From assembly GCA_963848295.1 (NCBI GenBank), contig CAWKDB010000010.1:2720001-2784000 (forward strand): a stretch of DNA of 64,000 nt, given 5' to 3'. Shown here piece after piece: positions 1-12,645 of the stretch. The translations under genes were made by a program, and so were the position numbers. This stretch comes from an uncultured delta proteobacterium (lineage in GTDB: Bacteria > Myxococcota_A > Polyangia > Haliangiales > Haliangiaceae). The notes under the pieces were generated by a model, which saw nothing but the letters and a program-made list of their open reading frames with translations, made no database searches and had not been told where the DNA came from. The stretch's first letter is position 1. Each line of letters starts with the position of its first letter.

Positions 1-207
1 CCGATCGTCGCGCACCATCCGCGCGAGGCCGAGCCGACCGCGCCCGACAACTTCGATCGCCCGAAGGCGAGCCGCGTCAGCGAACCGCAGGTCGCGGGCT
101 TTCAGGGCGGCCGCCCGCGGTCCGCGCTGCGCCCGTGGATGCTGATCGTCGGCGCGCTCGTGATCGCGGCGATCGCGTTCGCGGTGACCCGCGCCGTGCT
201 GCACTAG
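1..207 (+). CDS. 3' end of a membrane-anchored protein (partial, starts before the window)
   Basis: Frame 1 is open from base 1 to TAG at 205-207 and reads ...RSALRPWMLIVGALVIAAIAFAVTRAVLH*, a C-terminal TM helix. Confidence 0.7.
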   Translation, partial: PIVAHHPREAEPTAPDNFDRPKASRVSEPQVAGFQGGRPRSALRPWMLIVGALVIAAIAFAVTRAVLH

Positions 208-282
208 CGGCGGACGTGAGACGGGCTCGGGCTCGGGCTCGGGAAAACTGATCGCCCGAGGGCCTCGTGCGTTTGTAGCGGG

Positions 283-942
283 ATGGCAACGATCCAGGGC
301 AGTTGCGAGTTTCCGCACAAAGCTGGTCACGAACCGACGGCTGCTCCGCACATGGGAGGCGAGATGCAGGCCCAAGCCGCGGCGGTGACGATGTCCGAAG
401 CGGTGACGATCGACCCGATCGCGGCGCTGATCACCGCCGGCAAGCATCGCGACGCGGTCGCCGAGTGCGCGCGCAGCCATCGCATGGTGCTCGGCCGACT
501 GTGCATCGCGCTGCTCGGCTCGCAGGCCGATGCCGACGAAGCCGTGCAAGAGACGTTGCTGCGCGCGCATCGCGCGATGGCGACGTATCGCGGCGAGGGC
601 TCGATCAAGGCGTGGTTGTGCGGCATCGCGCGCCACGTCTGCGCCCACGCGCTCGAGACCCGGCGCAAAGGCCGCGAGCTGCTCGAGATCGTGCCGGACG
701 CACCCGACGCGAGCGACGCGCGCGAGGCATTCGAGAAGCGCCGCAGCGCGCGCGTGATCCGCGACGCGATGACGAAGTTGAAACCCAGCGAGCGCGAGGC
801 GCTCGTGTTGCGTTACGTCGCCGACCTCAGCCACCGCGAGATCGCGGAGGTGATCGGGCTCGACGAAACGAGCGCGCGCAAGCGGACGAGCCGTGCGCTC
901 GCCCGGCTGCGCGTCGTGATCCCGCCAGACGCGATCGATTGA
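283..942 (+). CDS. ECF-type RNA polymerase sigma factor (true start may be 364 or 391)
   Basis: Region 2 (DADEAVQETLLRA...YRGEGSIKAWLCGIARH) and region 4 (LKPSEREALVLRYVADLSHREIAEVIG...RTSRALARLR). Confidence 0.93.
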   Translation: MATIQGSCEFPHKAGHEPTAAPHMGGEMQAQAAAVTMSEAVTIDPIAALITAGKHRDAVAECARSHRMVLGRLCIALLGSQADADEAVQETLLRAHRAMATYRGEGSIKAWLCGIARHVCAHALETRRKGRELLEIVPDAPDASDAREAFEKRRSARVIRDAMTKLKPSEREALVLRYVADLSHREIAEVIGLDETSARKRTSRALARLRVVIPPDAID

Positions 943-953
943 GGAGAACGAAT

Positions 954-3900
954 ATGTCGACGCCATGTGACCAAGTAAGTGATGACCTGTCCGCCCTCGT
1001 CGATGGCGACCGCGACGCGATCGCGCGCCACGCCGACCACCTCGCGAGCTGCGATCACTGCCGCGACGCTCGCCACGAAGCCACGCTGCTCGCAGACCGC
1101 GTCACCGCGTCGGGTGCCGACTACGTCGCGACCGGCGACCTCGTCGGCCAGCTGATGGCGCAAATCCCCGCCCCCGCGCCCGTACCCGAGCCCGTACCCG
1201 TTCCTGCTTCCACGCCGAGCAAACCCGCGCGCCGCGCTCGCCCGATCGCATGGGTTGCGGTCGGCGCCGCGCTCGCGGCATCGGCCGCCGGCATCTACGT
1301 CAAGCTCGATCATCGCCACAGCAAGGGCGCGATCGCGGCAGGCGGGCACGCCTTGCCGGAAGGCGCGATCGGCTCGATGACGTCGACCACCCGCGCGGCC
1401 GCCGATCGCGATGCCGGTGTCTCGATCAAGGTCGGCTCCGGCGACTGGCGACCGCTGCACGCTCACGATCCGCTCGCCGGCGGCGCGACGGTGCGCACCG
1501 ACGAACGGACGCGCGCGACGTTCGATCTCGCAGACGGCACGCACCTCGTGCTCGATCACCAGACCGAGCTCGCGTTCGACGCGAACGAGCCGCGCCACCT
1601 GCGCGTCACCGCCGGTCGATTGCTCGCCGACGTCACGCACCTCGACGGCCATCCCGCGCAGGTCGCGACGCCGCTGGGCCAGATCGATGTCGTCGGCACG
1701 CGGTTCGTCGTCACCGCCGCCGCAAACCTCACCGCGGTGCAAGTCGTGCGCGGCCAGGTCGTGGTGCGCGACGCCGCCGGCGATCACCAAGAGGTTCGCG
1801 CGGGCGAAGAAGGCTCGATCGATGGCGGTGCGATCAGCGTCGCGCCGGTGCCGTCGCTCGCGCGCGATGTCGAATGGGCGGAGCAGCCGCTGCCCAAGTC
1901 CGATGACATCACCGCCGGCGTCGGCTCGCTGCGCGCGTACAAACCGGGCGAGACGCGCGATCGCGACTGGAACCTCGCGCTCGCGAACCACGACGTCAAG
2001 GTCCGCATCGTCGGACCGATCGCGCGCACCGAGATCACCGAGACGTTCCGCAACGACTCGGCGGCCGAGCTCGAAGGCGTCTATCAGTTCCCGCTGCCCG
2101 CCGACGCCCAGATCGACGGGCTCGCGCTCGATCAGAAGGGCGCGCCGGACGGCTTCGCCGATGGCGCGTTCGTCGACAAGGAGCGCGGCGCGAAGATCTG
2201 GAAAGGCGTGATCCAGAAAGCGGCGCCGCAACAGATCGCGTCGAATAACTCCGAGATCATCTGGGTGCCCGGCTCGTGGCGCGACCCGGCGTTGCTCGAC
2301 TGGAAGCGCGGCGGCCGATTCGAGCTCCGCGTATTCCCGATCCCCGCGCACGGCCAGCGCACGATCAAGCTCGCGTACACCGAGGTCGTCGCGCCGCACG
2401 GCACCTGGCGCCAGTACGTCTATCCATTGCCGCACTCGAACGACGGCTCGACCGTCGCCGATCGATTCTCGGTCGACGTCGAGGTCCGCGGCGCCGCGCC
2501 AGGCCTCGTCCGAGCGGCGGGCTACGACCTCAAGGCCGATCCGGCGCGCCAAGCGGTCGGCGCGCCTGCGTGTTCGAGCAGGGCGGGTTCGTGCCGCGCG
2601 GCGACCTCGTGATCGACGTATCGCCCGGCCGATGCCGGCGCCGAGCTGCGCGCCTGGACGTTCGCCGGCGGCGCGGCGGTCGCGCCCGACGACAAGCTCG
2701 CCGAAAAGCACGGCGTCGGGATCGACCCGCTCGTCGTCGCCGCGCAACGCGCCGAGGCCGCCGATACCCGCGCGACCGCGGTGCTCGCGATCACGCCGAA
2801 GCTGCCGCACTGGCAGGACGCGAAGCCGCGCGACTACATGATCGTGCTCGACGCGAGCCAGTCGATGACCGGCGAGCGCTGGACGCGCGCGAAGGAGCTC
2901 GCGAGCGCGATCGTCACCGACATGGATCGCCGCGATCGGTTCTCGCTGATGACGTGCGATAGCGACTGCCGCAAGTTCGGCGACGTGCGCTCGCCATCGC
3001 CGACCTCGGAGCGCGACGCGCGAGCGTGGCTCGAGGCGCAGACCGCCGGTGGCGCGACCGACGTCGTCGAATCGATCCGCTCCGCTCAAGCCGCGCTCGC
3101 AGACGGCGACCGCGACCGCTGGGTGCTGTACATCGGCGACGGCTTTGCGTCGACCGGGTTTCGCCGGCCGGCCGATGTCGCGCATGCGATCGGCGGCGCG
3201 GTCAACGTCTCGACGATCGGGATCGGCGGCGATGCCGACGCCCTGCTGCTCCAGGCCGCGGCGCGCGGCGGCGGCGGCAGCTATCTCGCGTGGACGCCGG
3301 GCGAACGGGTCGGCACCGCGGCGCTCGCGGCGCTCGACTCGACGTACGGTGCCGCGCTCGAGCACGCGACGGTCGAGCTCCCCGCCGGGCTCGCCGATGT
3401 CGCGCCGTCGACACTGCCGACCGTGCGCGCCGGCGACGAGGTGCTGCTCGCGGCGCGGACCGAGGGCTCGGTACAAGGCGATGTGATCGTGCGCGGCACG
3501 GTCGCGGGCCAGCCGTTCGAGCAACGCTATCCGCTCAAGCTCGACGTCTCGACGAAGAGCGGCAACGGCTTCGTGCCGCGGCTGTGGGCGTCGCTCGCGA
3601 TCGATCAGCTCGAAGCTGCCGGCACCGGCGAAGACCGCGCGAAGATCGTCGCGCTGTCGCAGGCGTACGGCGTGATGTCGCGCGAGACGTCGTTGCTCGT
3701 GCTCGAATCGCCGGCGATGTTCGATGCGTTCGGCGTCGATCGCCACGTACCGGCCGCGAAGTGGACCGGCGAGGACGATCTCGACGAGGTCGCGAGCTCG
3801 AGCCCGCACCTACAAGCGAACAGGACCGGGACGTTGATGGCAGGTGCGAGCGCCGCCGCGGGCGACAAGAAAGCGTCGGATCCCGACGACGATGCCGCCG

Positions 3901-5300
3901 CCACGAAGGTGCCAGCGGTCGCCGCGAGCCCGGTGATGGCGCAGGCGGAGGCCAGGCCGGTCGCGACCGTGCCCGCGAAGGACAGGGCCACCGTCGGACA
4001 TGATCTGGCCGAGCGTCGCTTCGGCATGGGTGCCGGCGGCGGCCGCGGCGGCTATGGCGACGACATGGTCGCGCTGCGCCGGACCTGGATCCGCGTGCCG
4101 GCGATCTCGGCGTACGGCTCGGTCTCGCCGAGCATCGCCCAGGCGATGGGCGACGCGGAACGCGCGCTCCAGCAGAACCCCGACAGCCGCGAGAAACATC
4201 GCGCGTTGGTCCAGACGCTGGCGTTCGCCGGCGAGCTCGACCGCGCGAGAGAGGTCACCGCGAAGTGGATCGATCGCGACCAGCTCGATCCGCAGGCCCT
4301 CGGCTACGAGGCCGATCTGCTGGGCCGCGCCGGCGACCGCGACCAGGCGTTGCGGACGCTCGCCGGGCTCGTCGACCTCGATGCCGATCGCCCCGCGCTA
4401 CACGAGCGGATGATCCGCGCCTACGAGCAGATCGGCAAGCTGTCGCAAGCGTGTAGCCATCGCATCGCGCTCGCCGCGATCTCGCCGAAGGACGCGAAGG
4501 TTGCCGCGAACGCGCTGCGCTGCCTGCGCGACCTCGGTCGCCACGACGATGCCGAGCTGATCGCGAGCGCCTTGCCGGACGACGCGACCCGCGCCGCCGC
4601 CGAGAAGGCTGCGTTGGTCGCTCCGGTCGTTGCGAAGTCAGGCGACCTGGTCGTCGACGCGCACTGGGACCACGGCGCCGATCTCGACATCTCGTTGATC
4701 GCGCCCGACGGCAGCCGCGTGTCGTGGATGGGCGCGTCGGGACGCAGCGACGCGACGGTCAGCGATGCGACCAGCACCGAGCACGAGCGCCTCGTCGTCG
4801 GTTCTCTGCGCAGGGGCAACTACCTCGTCGAGGTGACGCGCGCGTCCGCGGCCTCGACGTCGGGCTCGATCCGCGGCACGCTCGAGGTCACCGCGCTCGG
4901 TAGCAAGCGCTCGTTGCCGTTCGAGCTGCGCGGTGCTCACGCGATCATCGGCCGGATCGCGATCTCGCTCGAAGAGCACCTCGAAGAGATCGGTAGCAAT
5001 GATGCGCACGTCGGCTTCGGCCACATCGCGGACCAACAACTCGGCCGCGTGATGATGGCGCGCTCGGTGTCGCTGCGGCAATGCTACGAGACGGCGGTCG
5101 GCGCGAACCCGAGGCTCGGTGCCGGCCGCATCACGTTGACGGTCGCGATCACCCAATACGGCGGCGTGCAGCTCGCGACCTCGGCGTCAGCCGGCTTCGC
5201 AGGCGTCGCGGAGTGCGTCAAGCAGGAGCTGTCGACGATGCACACGAGCTCGAGCGCCGCGGGCACGACGTTCCGCGTCGGACTCGCGTTCACGCGATAG
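954..5300 (+). CDS. Giant putative anti-sigma factor: ZAS (zf-HC2) + TM + FecR + VIT + vWA + TPR + AgmX/PglI-type (TonB_C-like) C-terminal domain; two frameshifts near 2560-2620
   Basis: GAGGAG precedes ATG 954. HLASCDHC = HxxxCxxC; TM IAWVAVGAALAASAAGIYV; FecR motifs (LADGTHLVL, VATPLGQIDVVGTRFVV); VIT motifs (ARTEITETFRN..ELEGVYQFPLP, FELRVFPIP); vWA MIDAS LDASQS and IGDG; C-terminal LRQCYE...PRLGAGRITLTVAI...CV. Joins ORFs 303..2612, part of 2276..2962 and 2781..5300. Confidence 0.82.
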
Positions 5301-5303
5301 TCG

Positions 5304-5861
5304 CTACTCCCAGCGCAGGTCGAGCTGGCAGACGTCGTCGCCGCGCGTCCGGCACTTGGTCTCGTCGACCGTCGCGCGATGGCCGCCCGAGAGCTCGACC
5401 GAGCGTTCGGCCCAGCCCGCGACCGAGAGGCAATGCGCGACGTGTGGCGACGCGAACCCGCGGATCCGCGCGACCGCGCCCTTGGGCCCGCGGGTCATGA
5501 CCTCGAGGTAACCGGAGTCGTAGTGCGCGCTCCACAGCCGGACCGCGCGGCCCAGGATCCAGTGCACGGTGCCGACCTTGAAGAACAGGCGGTAGATCGT
5601 CGTGAGGTTCGCATCGGCGCCGTGGCGGCCGAGCATGCGCACGAGCTCGAGATCGCCACGGCCGAACAGCCGATCGATCACGAGGTTGAGCTCGATGAAC
5701 TGGTCGAACGGATACCACCGCGCCTTTTCGATGCCACCGGTGATCACGGCGCGCAGCTCCGGCGAGCACTGGGCGATCAGCCGATCGGTGCCGGCGGCGC
5801 CGTGCCCGAGCTGCACCCACAGCACGCGAGATGACAGCGCGCTTCCCTTCACATTCGCCAT
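5304..5861 (-). CDS. DUF2378/TIGR02265-like Myxococcota protein (V4R/H-NOX-like fold)
   Basis: VKG N-terminus, WYP motif, LW..HYDSG, C-terminal C..RGD..C...LRW. Confidence 0.65.
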   Translation of the reverse strand: MANVKGSALSSRVLWVQLGHGAAGTDRLIAQCSPELRAVITGGIEKARWYPFDQFIELNLVIDRLFGRGDLELVRMLGRHGADANLTTIYRLFFKVGTVHWILGRAVRLWSAHYDSGYLEVMTRGPKGAVARIRGFASPHVAHCLSVAGWAERSVELSGGHRATVDETKCRTRGDDVCQLDLRWE

Positions 5862-5991
5862 GCGCCTCTGCCTTTCAGGCAGCCGCTCCTCCGGGGCGTC
5901 GCCGCTTCGCGTCGGGGCGCGAGCGACGTTCGCTCGGGGAACGCTCCTTCGTCGCTTCCCTCGTCATGGGCCACGCCTCTACTATACGCGC

Positions 5992-7554
<1,563 letters not shown>

Positions 7555-7579
7555 AGATGCGATCGAACGAGATCAGATC

Positions 7580-9454
7580 GTGTACGAGTACGTGACACGT
7601 GGCACGTGCACGTTCACGTCCACGACCTTTGTCGTCGTCGCGTTCCTCGCCGCTTGCCATCCCCATGAGGTCTCGCTCGCGCCGCTGCCACCCGTCGCGA
7701 CCGCGCGTTACCTCGAAGGCCGGCTCGCGGCGTATCGCGGTGACTGGCCGACCGCAGCGAGCGCGCTCGCCGATGCCGCGGCTGCCGCGCCCGATCAGCC
7801 GATGATCGCGATCGCGCTCGCCCATGCGCTCGCGAAAGCCAAGCGCGAGCCGGCCGCCCGCGACGTGCTCGCCTCGGCGCGCGCGCGCTGGCCGGATCAT
7901 CCTCAAGTCTGGCTCGCGTCGGGCGACCTGCTGGCGAGCGCGCTGCCGATCGATGGAACCGCGCCGTCCTCCGGCGGCGCTGCCGGCGATGGACGAGCCA
8001 CCGCCGTCGATGGAACCGCGCCGTCCTCCGGCGGCGCTGCCGGCGATGGACAAGCCACCGCCGTCGATGGAACCGCGCCGTCCTCCGGCGGCGTTGCCGG
8101 CGATGGACAAGCCACCGCCGTCGATGGAACCGCGCCGTCCTCCGGCGGCGCTGCCGGCGATGGACAAGCCACCGCCGTCGATGGAACCGCGCCGTCCTCC
8201 GGCGGCGCACGAGCCACCGCCGAGGCTGCCGCCGCCTATCGCCGGGCGATCTCGCTCGCGCCCGACAACGAGCGCGGTTATCTCGGCCTCGCGCGCGTCT
8301 TGCTCGCGGGTCATCACGAGCGAGCCGCCGAGGACACGCTGCGTTCGCTCATCGCGCACGTCCCGGCGTCGGTCGACGGTCACTTCCGACTCGCGCAGCG
8401 CCTCGCCGACCGCGACGACCTCGCCGGCGCCGCGAAGGAGCTGCGCGCCGTGCTCGAGCGCGACCCCGACCACATCGACGCGCGGATGGCGCTCGCGCGC
8501 GCCGAACGCCGGCTCGGCGATCTGACCGATGCGATCGCGCAGACCCGCAGCGCATTCGATCGCGCGGCACAACCGATCGACCTCGCGCAAGAGCTGTTCT
8601 TCTTGTTGTGCGAGGCGGGCGACATCACGGCCGCGAAAGATCTCCTGACGCTGCTCGACGATGATCGCAGCGATCCCGACACGCTCGGCTTGGTCGCGCG
8701 GCTCGAGCTCGGGCTCGGCGCGGTCGATGTAGCGCACGTGATCGCGAGCCAGCTCGCGAGCATCGATGCCGATGCCGCGGCGCTCGTCGAGATCGAGATC
8801 GCAGCCGGTACCCACGATCTCGACGCGGCCGAGCGCCTCGCCCTCGCCCTGCCGGCTGACTCGCCGGTGTACGGCGCCGGCCGCCGGGTCGCCGCCGACG
8901 CGATCCGCGCGAGTCACGGCGCTCCCGCGCGCGCGTTCGCACTCGTCGAGCCGGCGTGGCGAGCCCGACCCGGCGATCTCGATCTCGCGCTGTCCGCCGC
9001 GCTCGCGCTCGCCGGGTTGCATCGCGGTGACGAGGCTCGCGCCGCGCTCGCCGCGGTCAAGGCCGCCCCGGCGCTCGAGCTCGCCCGCGCGCGGCTCGAC
9101 GACGCGCTCGGCGATGACAAAGCCGCGATCGCTCGAGTCGAGGCGCTGATCCGCGCGCACCCCGACGACGCCGCCGCGCTCAACTTCGCGGGCTACCTCA
9201 TGGTCGACACGGGCGCGCGACTCGAGGTCGCCGCGCGCTACTTGAAGACCGCGCGCGAGCTGCAACCCGGCGATCCCGCGATCATCGACAGCTGGGGCTG
9301 GCTGTTGCTGCGCCGCGGCGATCGCGAGGGCGCGCTAGCCGCGCTCGAGCTCGCCGCCGCGCTCGCGCCGCTCGATCGAGACATCGCGCTCCACCTGCGC
9401 GCGGCCCGCGCCCCCACCACGAGCGGCCAGCTGGTGGTACCATCTAAGCCATGA
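7580..9454 (+). CDS. TPR-repeat lipoprotein with an internal low-complexity repeat
   Basis: Lipobox-like FLAAC; Ala-rich TPR helices; conserved ALNFAGY...IIDSWGW motif. Start codon uncertain. Confidence 0.82.
   Translation: MYEYVTRGTCTFTSTTFVVVAFLAACHPHEVSLAPLPPVATARYLEGRLAAYRGDWPTAASALADAAAAAPDQPMIAIALAHALAKAKREPAARDVLASARARWPDHPQVWLASGDLLASALPIDGTAPSSGGAAGDGRATAVDGTAPSSGGAAGDGQATAVDGTAPSSGGVAGDGQATAVDGTAPSSGGAAGDGQATAVDGTAPSSGGARATAEAAAAYRRAISLAPDNERGYLGLARVLLAGHHERAAEDTLRSLIAHVPASVDGHFRLAQRLADRDDLAGAAKELRAVLERDPDHIDARMALARAERRLGDLTDAIAQTRSAFDRAAQPIDLAQELFFLLCEAGDITAAKDLLTLLDDDRSDPDTLGLVARLELGLGAVDVAHVIASQLASIDADAAALVEIEIAAGTHDLDAAERLALALPADSPVYGAGRRVAADAIRASHGAPARAFALVEPAWRARPGDLDLALSAALALAGLHRGDEARAALAAVKAAPALELARARLDDALGDDKAAIARVEALIRAHPDDAAALNFAGYLMVDTGARLEVAARYLKTARELQPGDPAIIDSWGWLLLRRGDREGALAALELAAALAPLDRDIALHLRAARAPTTSGQLVVPSKP
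7952..8208 (+). repeat. 57-bp in-frame tandem repeat, ~4.5 copies ([19 protein letters not shown])
   Basis: gatggaaccgcgccgtcctccggcggc recurs at 7952, 8009, 8066, 8123 and 8180. Confidence 0.97.
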
Positions 9455-9777
9455 GCGGCCGGATCCTCGTCGCAGTTGTCGCGTTCATCGCGCTCGCCGC
9501 GCCGGGCTGCAAGAACGGTCCGTCCGACGACCAATGCAAGAAGTTGCTCGACCACATGGTCGACCTCGAGTTCAAGAAGGGCGGCGCGGTCGCGAGCAAC
9601 GATCAGATGAAGGCCGAGCTGCTGAAGCAGAAGCAGGCGGCGCTCGTCGGCAAATCCGCCGACGAGTTCATGAAGACGTGCACGTCGTCGTTCTCGAAGG
9701 AGCGCGTCGAGTGCGCGCTCGACAAGACCGAGCTCGACGGCGATAACGGCGTCGCGAAGTGCGACGAGAGCAAGTAG
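9451..9777 (+). CDS. Small Cys-rich helical lipoprotein
   Basis: Signal peptide ending APGC; four further Cys; ATGA overlap with the upstream gene. Confidence 0.8.
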   Translation: MSGRILVAVVAFIALAAPGCKNGPSDDQCKKLLDHMVDLEFKKGGAVASNDQMKAELLKQKQAALVGKSADEFMKTCTSSFSKERVECALDKTELDGDNGVAKCDESK

Positions 9778-9781
9778 TCGG

Positions 9782-10825
9782 CTAGGCCAGCGTCCCGTTC
9801 AGCGTCTGGAACACGACCTCCGCGACCCGCTCGCCGACGGCGGTCGACGCGGTCGCGCCATGACCGCCGAGGCCGGCGGCCCAGACGAGCCAAGGCCGCG
9901 TGCGATCCGAGACGATTCGCATCCGCAGGTCCGGCGTGAAGCAGCGCTGACATGCCCAGCGGCCGACCACCGTCGCGCCGGCGAGCGCGCTCTTGCCGAG
10001 TCGGGTCGCCAGCGCTGCATCGCCTTCGGCGTCGGCTTCTTGATGGCCGGCCGCCACCGGCACGCCATCGCACGGCGAGACCAACACGCCGTCGGCCGCG
10101 GCGCGCACGTACAGCTCCTGCTCGCCGAGATGCCACAACCAGGGCGCGCGATCGACGACCCCGCCGCCGACGATGTAGACGTGCCGTTTGAGCGCGACCA
10201 ACGGCGGCGCCCCGACGAGGCGACCGGCCCACGCGCCCGAAGCGTCGACGACGACCCGCGCCTCGAGCTCGCCGAGCGCGGTCGTCAGCCGGGCGCCGAC
10301 CCCGTCGGGCTCGACCGCGGTGACCCCGGCGTTGCGGGCGATCTGCGCGCCACCGGCCCGCGCACCGGCGGCCAGCGCCGCGAGTAAGCCCGCGATATCG
10401 ATCACGCCGTCGCTCGGCACGTGCAGCGCCGCGGCGATCGAGAGATCGGGGAGATCCGGCCACCACGCCGCGACCGCGGTCGTCGCGACCGGCTCGACCG
10501 CGATCGAGAAGCGCTTCGCGCGCTCGACGTACGCCTCGGCATCGACGGCGTTGTCGAACGTCAGGACTCCGCCGCTCTCGCGCCACACGCCGCCGAGCTC
10601 GCGCAGCAAACGCGCGCCGCGCACGGTGAGCGCGGTGGTCTCGTCGTCGTCGACGAGCTGGCGGCCGAGCCCGGCGCTGCGCCCGCTCGCGAACTTGCCG
10701 AGCTCGGCCTCGCGCTCGAGCACGATGCTCGCGATCCCGCGGCGGGCGAGCGCCCATGCGGTGGCGACGCCGGCAAATCCGCCGCCGATGATAGCAACAT
10801 CGGTCGTGGCCGGCAGCTCGCTCAC
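9782..10825 (-). CDS. FAD-dependent oxidoreductase, DAO/glycine oxidase family
   Basis: DVAIIGGGFAG, ASGRSAG, VVDASGAW, FTPD, GLGGHG; GTG start at 10825. Confidence 0.9.
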   Translation of the reverse strand: MSELPATTDVAIIGGGFAGVATAWALARRGIASIVLEREAELGKFASGRSAGLGRQLVDDDETTALTVRGARLLRELGGVWRESGGVLTFDNAVDAEAYVERAKRFSIAVEPVATTAVAAWWPDLPDLSIAAALHVPSDGVIDIAGLLAALAAGARAGGAQIARNAGVTAVEPDGVGARLTTALGELEARVVVDASGAWAGRLVGAPPLVALKRHVYIVGGGVVDRAPWLWHLGEQELYVRAAADGVLVSPCDGVPVAAGHQEADAEGDAALATRLGKSALAGATVVGRWACQRCFTPDLRMRIVSDRTRPWLVWAAGLGGHGATASTAVGERVAEVVFQTLNGTLA

Positions 10826-10885
10826 GGTGGGCTTGTAGCACGTTGCCGGTTGACCGCGCCGTCTTCGTCTAGGCAGACTCGATCC

Positions 10886-11116
10886 ATGCCGAAGCTGATC
10901 CGTCTGGATACCGGTGCCGAGATCGGAGAGATCAGCGATGCGCACCTGCAATTCCTCGTCGATCACCTCGAGGAAGAGAACGACGACGACAAGGACTACT
11001 TCATCGATCGCGAGACGATCGAGCTGTTGTCCGACAACGGCGGCGACCCCGAGCTGCTCGCGATGCTGGAGAAGGCGATCGGGCGCGATGAAGACATGAC
11101 GATCGCCTGGGAGTGA
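10886..11116 (+). CDS. Small acidic conserved protein (76 aa)
   Basis: MPKLIRLDTGAEIGEISDAHLQFLVDHLEEENDDDKDYFID...IAWE resembles a widespread small acidic family; codon usage is typical. Confidence 0.8.
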   Translation: MPKLIRLDTGAEIGEISDAHLQFLVDHLEEENDDDKDYFIDRETIELLSDNGGDPELLAMLEKAIGRDEDMTIAWE

Positions 11117-11166
11117 GTGGCTCCCGGGCATTGGCGGACGCGAGCCGGGCTCGATATGATCGCGGT

Positions 11167-12249
11167 ATGGGCCGGGTCGTCTCGCTTGGGCTGCTCGCAC
11201 TCGCCGCGTGCGCACATGGCGGCAAGCCGCCGAACGACCCGGCGACCGCGCACGAGCGGATCGTGTCTGCGGCCAAGCGCCACGACGCTGCGGCGATCGC
11301 GAGCCTGTTGCGGGCACCGCTCAGCTACGGCGGCTTGTGGTTCGCCGATCGCGGCTGCGCGGCGAAGTTTCCGACCGCGACCACGCTCGGCGCCGATCAG
11401 CTGCCGGCGTTCGCGAAGTGCCTCGCCGCGCTCAAGCTCGAGACCAGCCCGCGCAGGTCGGCGCTCGCCGACGCCGTGATCCTGACCTACGACCCCGGCA
11501 TCGAGATCGAGCTCCGGTTCGGCGTCGACGACAACGGGGCGTGGCTGTCGTCGATCGGCTACCTCGGACGGCGCGAGCCGGGCGATCCCGAGCCGACAAT
11601 CTCGCCGTCCGCGCTCGAGCTGCGCCGAGAGGCCGGGATGCGCGAGCCCGAGCTCGATGCCGATGCGCACACCAAGCTCGACAACGACATCAACGTCAGC
11701 GGCAACACCTACGCGTACGCTTGGCTGCGGGTGTGTGTCGATCCGAACGGCGCGGTCACGGCCTCGCCGCGCGACGGCTCGTCGCAAGCCGCCGAGGAGG
11801 TCTTCGCCGCGGCGGTCAGCGACTGGCGGTTCCGACCGTTCAACGCAGGCGGCTCGGCGATCACGGTGTGTACGCTCAAGCGCTTCACCTACGGCACGAG
11901 CCCGACCGACGAGGTCTTGCCCCTGCCGCAGATTCCCGGGCCGCCGCGAACCGTGACCCCCGACGCGCTCGGCAAGCGCATCGTCGGCGATCCCCAGGTC
12001 GCTCCGACGGAGGCGATCAAGCTCGACCTCGCCAAGCACCACAACCCCGCACTACTCGGCGTGTTCCGGTTTTGTCTCGCCGAGACCGGCGCGGTCGACA
12101 ACGTCACGACCGTGCTGTCGAGCGGCAACACCGACTACGACGCGTTGATCAAGCATGCGATCCTCGCGTGGCGCTACAAGCCGTACGTCAACGGCGGCAG
12201 ACCGACCGCGGTGTGCAGCGAGGTCGTCTACTCGTACCGCCAGTCCTAG
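11167..12249 (+). CDS. Lipoprotein with two TonB_C-like domains
   Basis: Lipobox LAAC; two repeats of xCV..nG.V....SSG....D...A...WRF/YxPf...G....VC. Confidence 0.75.
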   Translation: MGRVVSLGLLALAACAHGGKPPNDPATAHERIVSAAKRHDAAAIASLLRAPLSYGGLWFADRGCAAKFPTATTLGADQLPAFAKCLAALKLETSPRRSALADAVILTYDPGIEIELRFGVDDNGAWLSSIGYLGRREPGDPEPTISPSALELRREAGMREPELDADAHTKLDNDINVSGNTYAYAWLRVCVDPNGAVTASPRDGSSQAAEEVFAAAVSDWRFRPFNAGGSAITVCTLKRFTYGTSPTDEVLPLPQIPGPPRTVTPDALGKRIVGDPQVAPTEAIKLDLAKHHNPALLGVFRFCLAETGAVDNVTTVLSSGNTDYDALIKHAILAWRYKPYVNGGRPTAVCSEVVYSYRQS

Positions 12250-12306
12250 CCGTATCACCACGCGTGGCAGCTGCGCCGGCGCGGCGAGCTTGCGGCGGGC
12301 TGACTA

Positions 12307-12597
12307 CTACTTCTTCGCCGCTTCCTGGCAGGCGTCGAGCTGCTTCATCGTCGGGTCACTGCCGAGCGCGTTGATGCAATCGAGGCCCTTCTGGGTCTCG
12401 GGGTGCTTCTTGAGCTCGTCGCGGCATTCCTTGACCGCCTCTTCCTTCATCTTGTCGACGCCGTACTCCGCGCCGCCTTTGGGCATGTCCTTCATCATCA
12501 GCGGCGCGATCTTGTCCATCGCGCGAGTGCAGTCGTCTTTGCTCGAGCAAGCGGCGAGGGAACCGAACAGCGCGAGGGCGATAGCAATGGTCTTCAT
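12307..12597 (-). CDS. Small Cys-rich lipoprotein, paralog 1 of 3
   Basis: LAACSSKDDC...ECR.ELKKHPE...LDCI...C. Confidence 0.82.
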   Translation of the reverse strand: MKTIAIALALFGSLAACSSKDDCTRAMDKIAPLMMKDMPKGGAEYGVDKMKEEAVKECRDELKKHPETQKGLDCINALGSDPTMKQLDACQEAAKK

Positions 12598-12645
12598 GGG
12601 GTCCGGCATCTTACTCGACGATGCGACCCGCAGTGAACCGCGAAG

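Noticed and set aside
222..243. (cgggct)n hexamer run upstream of the ECF gene as a phase-variation tract
   Set aside because: Under four copies in GC-rich intergenic DNA; no evidence of function.
813..3809. Very long antisense and alternate-frame ORFs (also 19209..21614, 22870..25104, 7478..9265)
   Set aside because: Shadow ORFs expected from high GC3; Arg/Ala-rich, without motifs, and opposite well-supported genes.
7952..8208. Possible CRISPR array
   Set aside because: Units are near-identical with no unique spacers, are in frame inside a CDS, and no cas genes are present.
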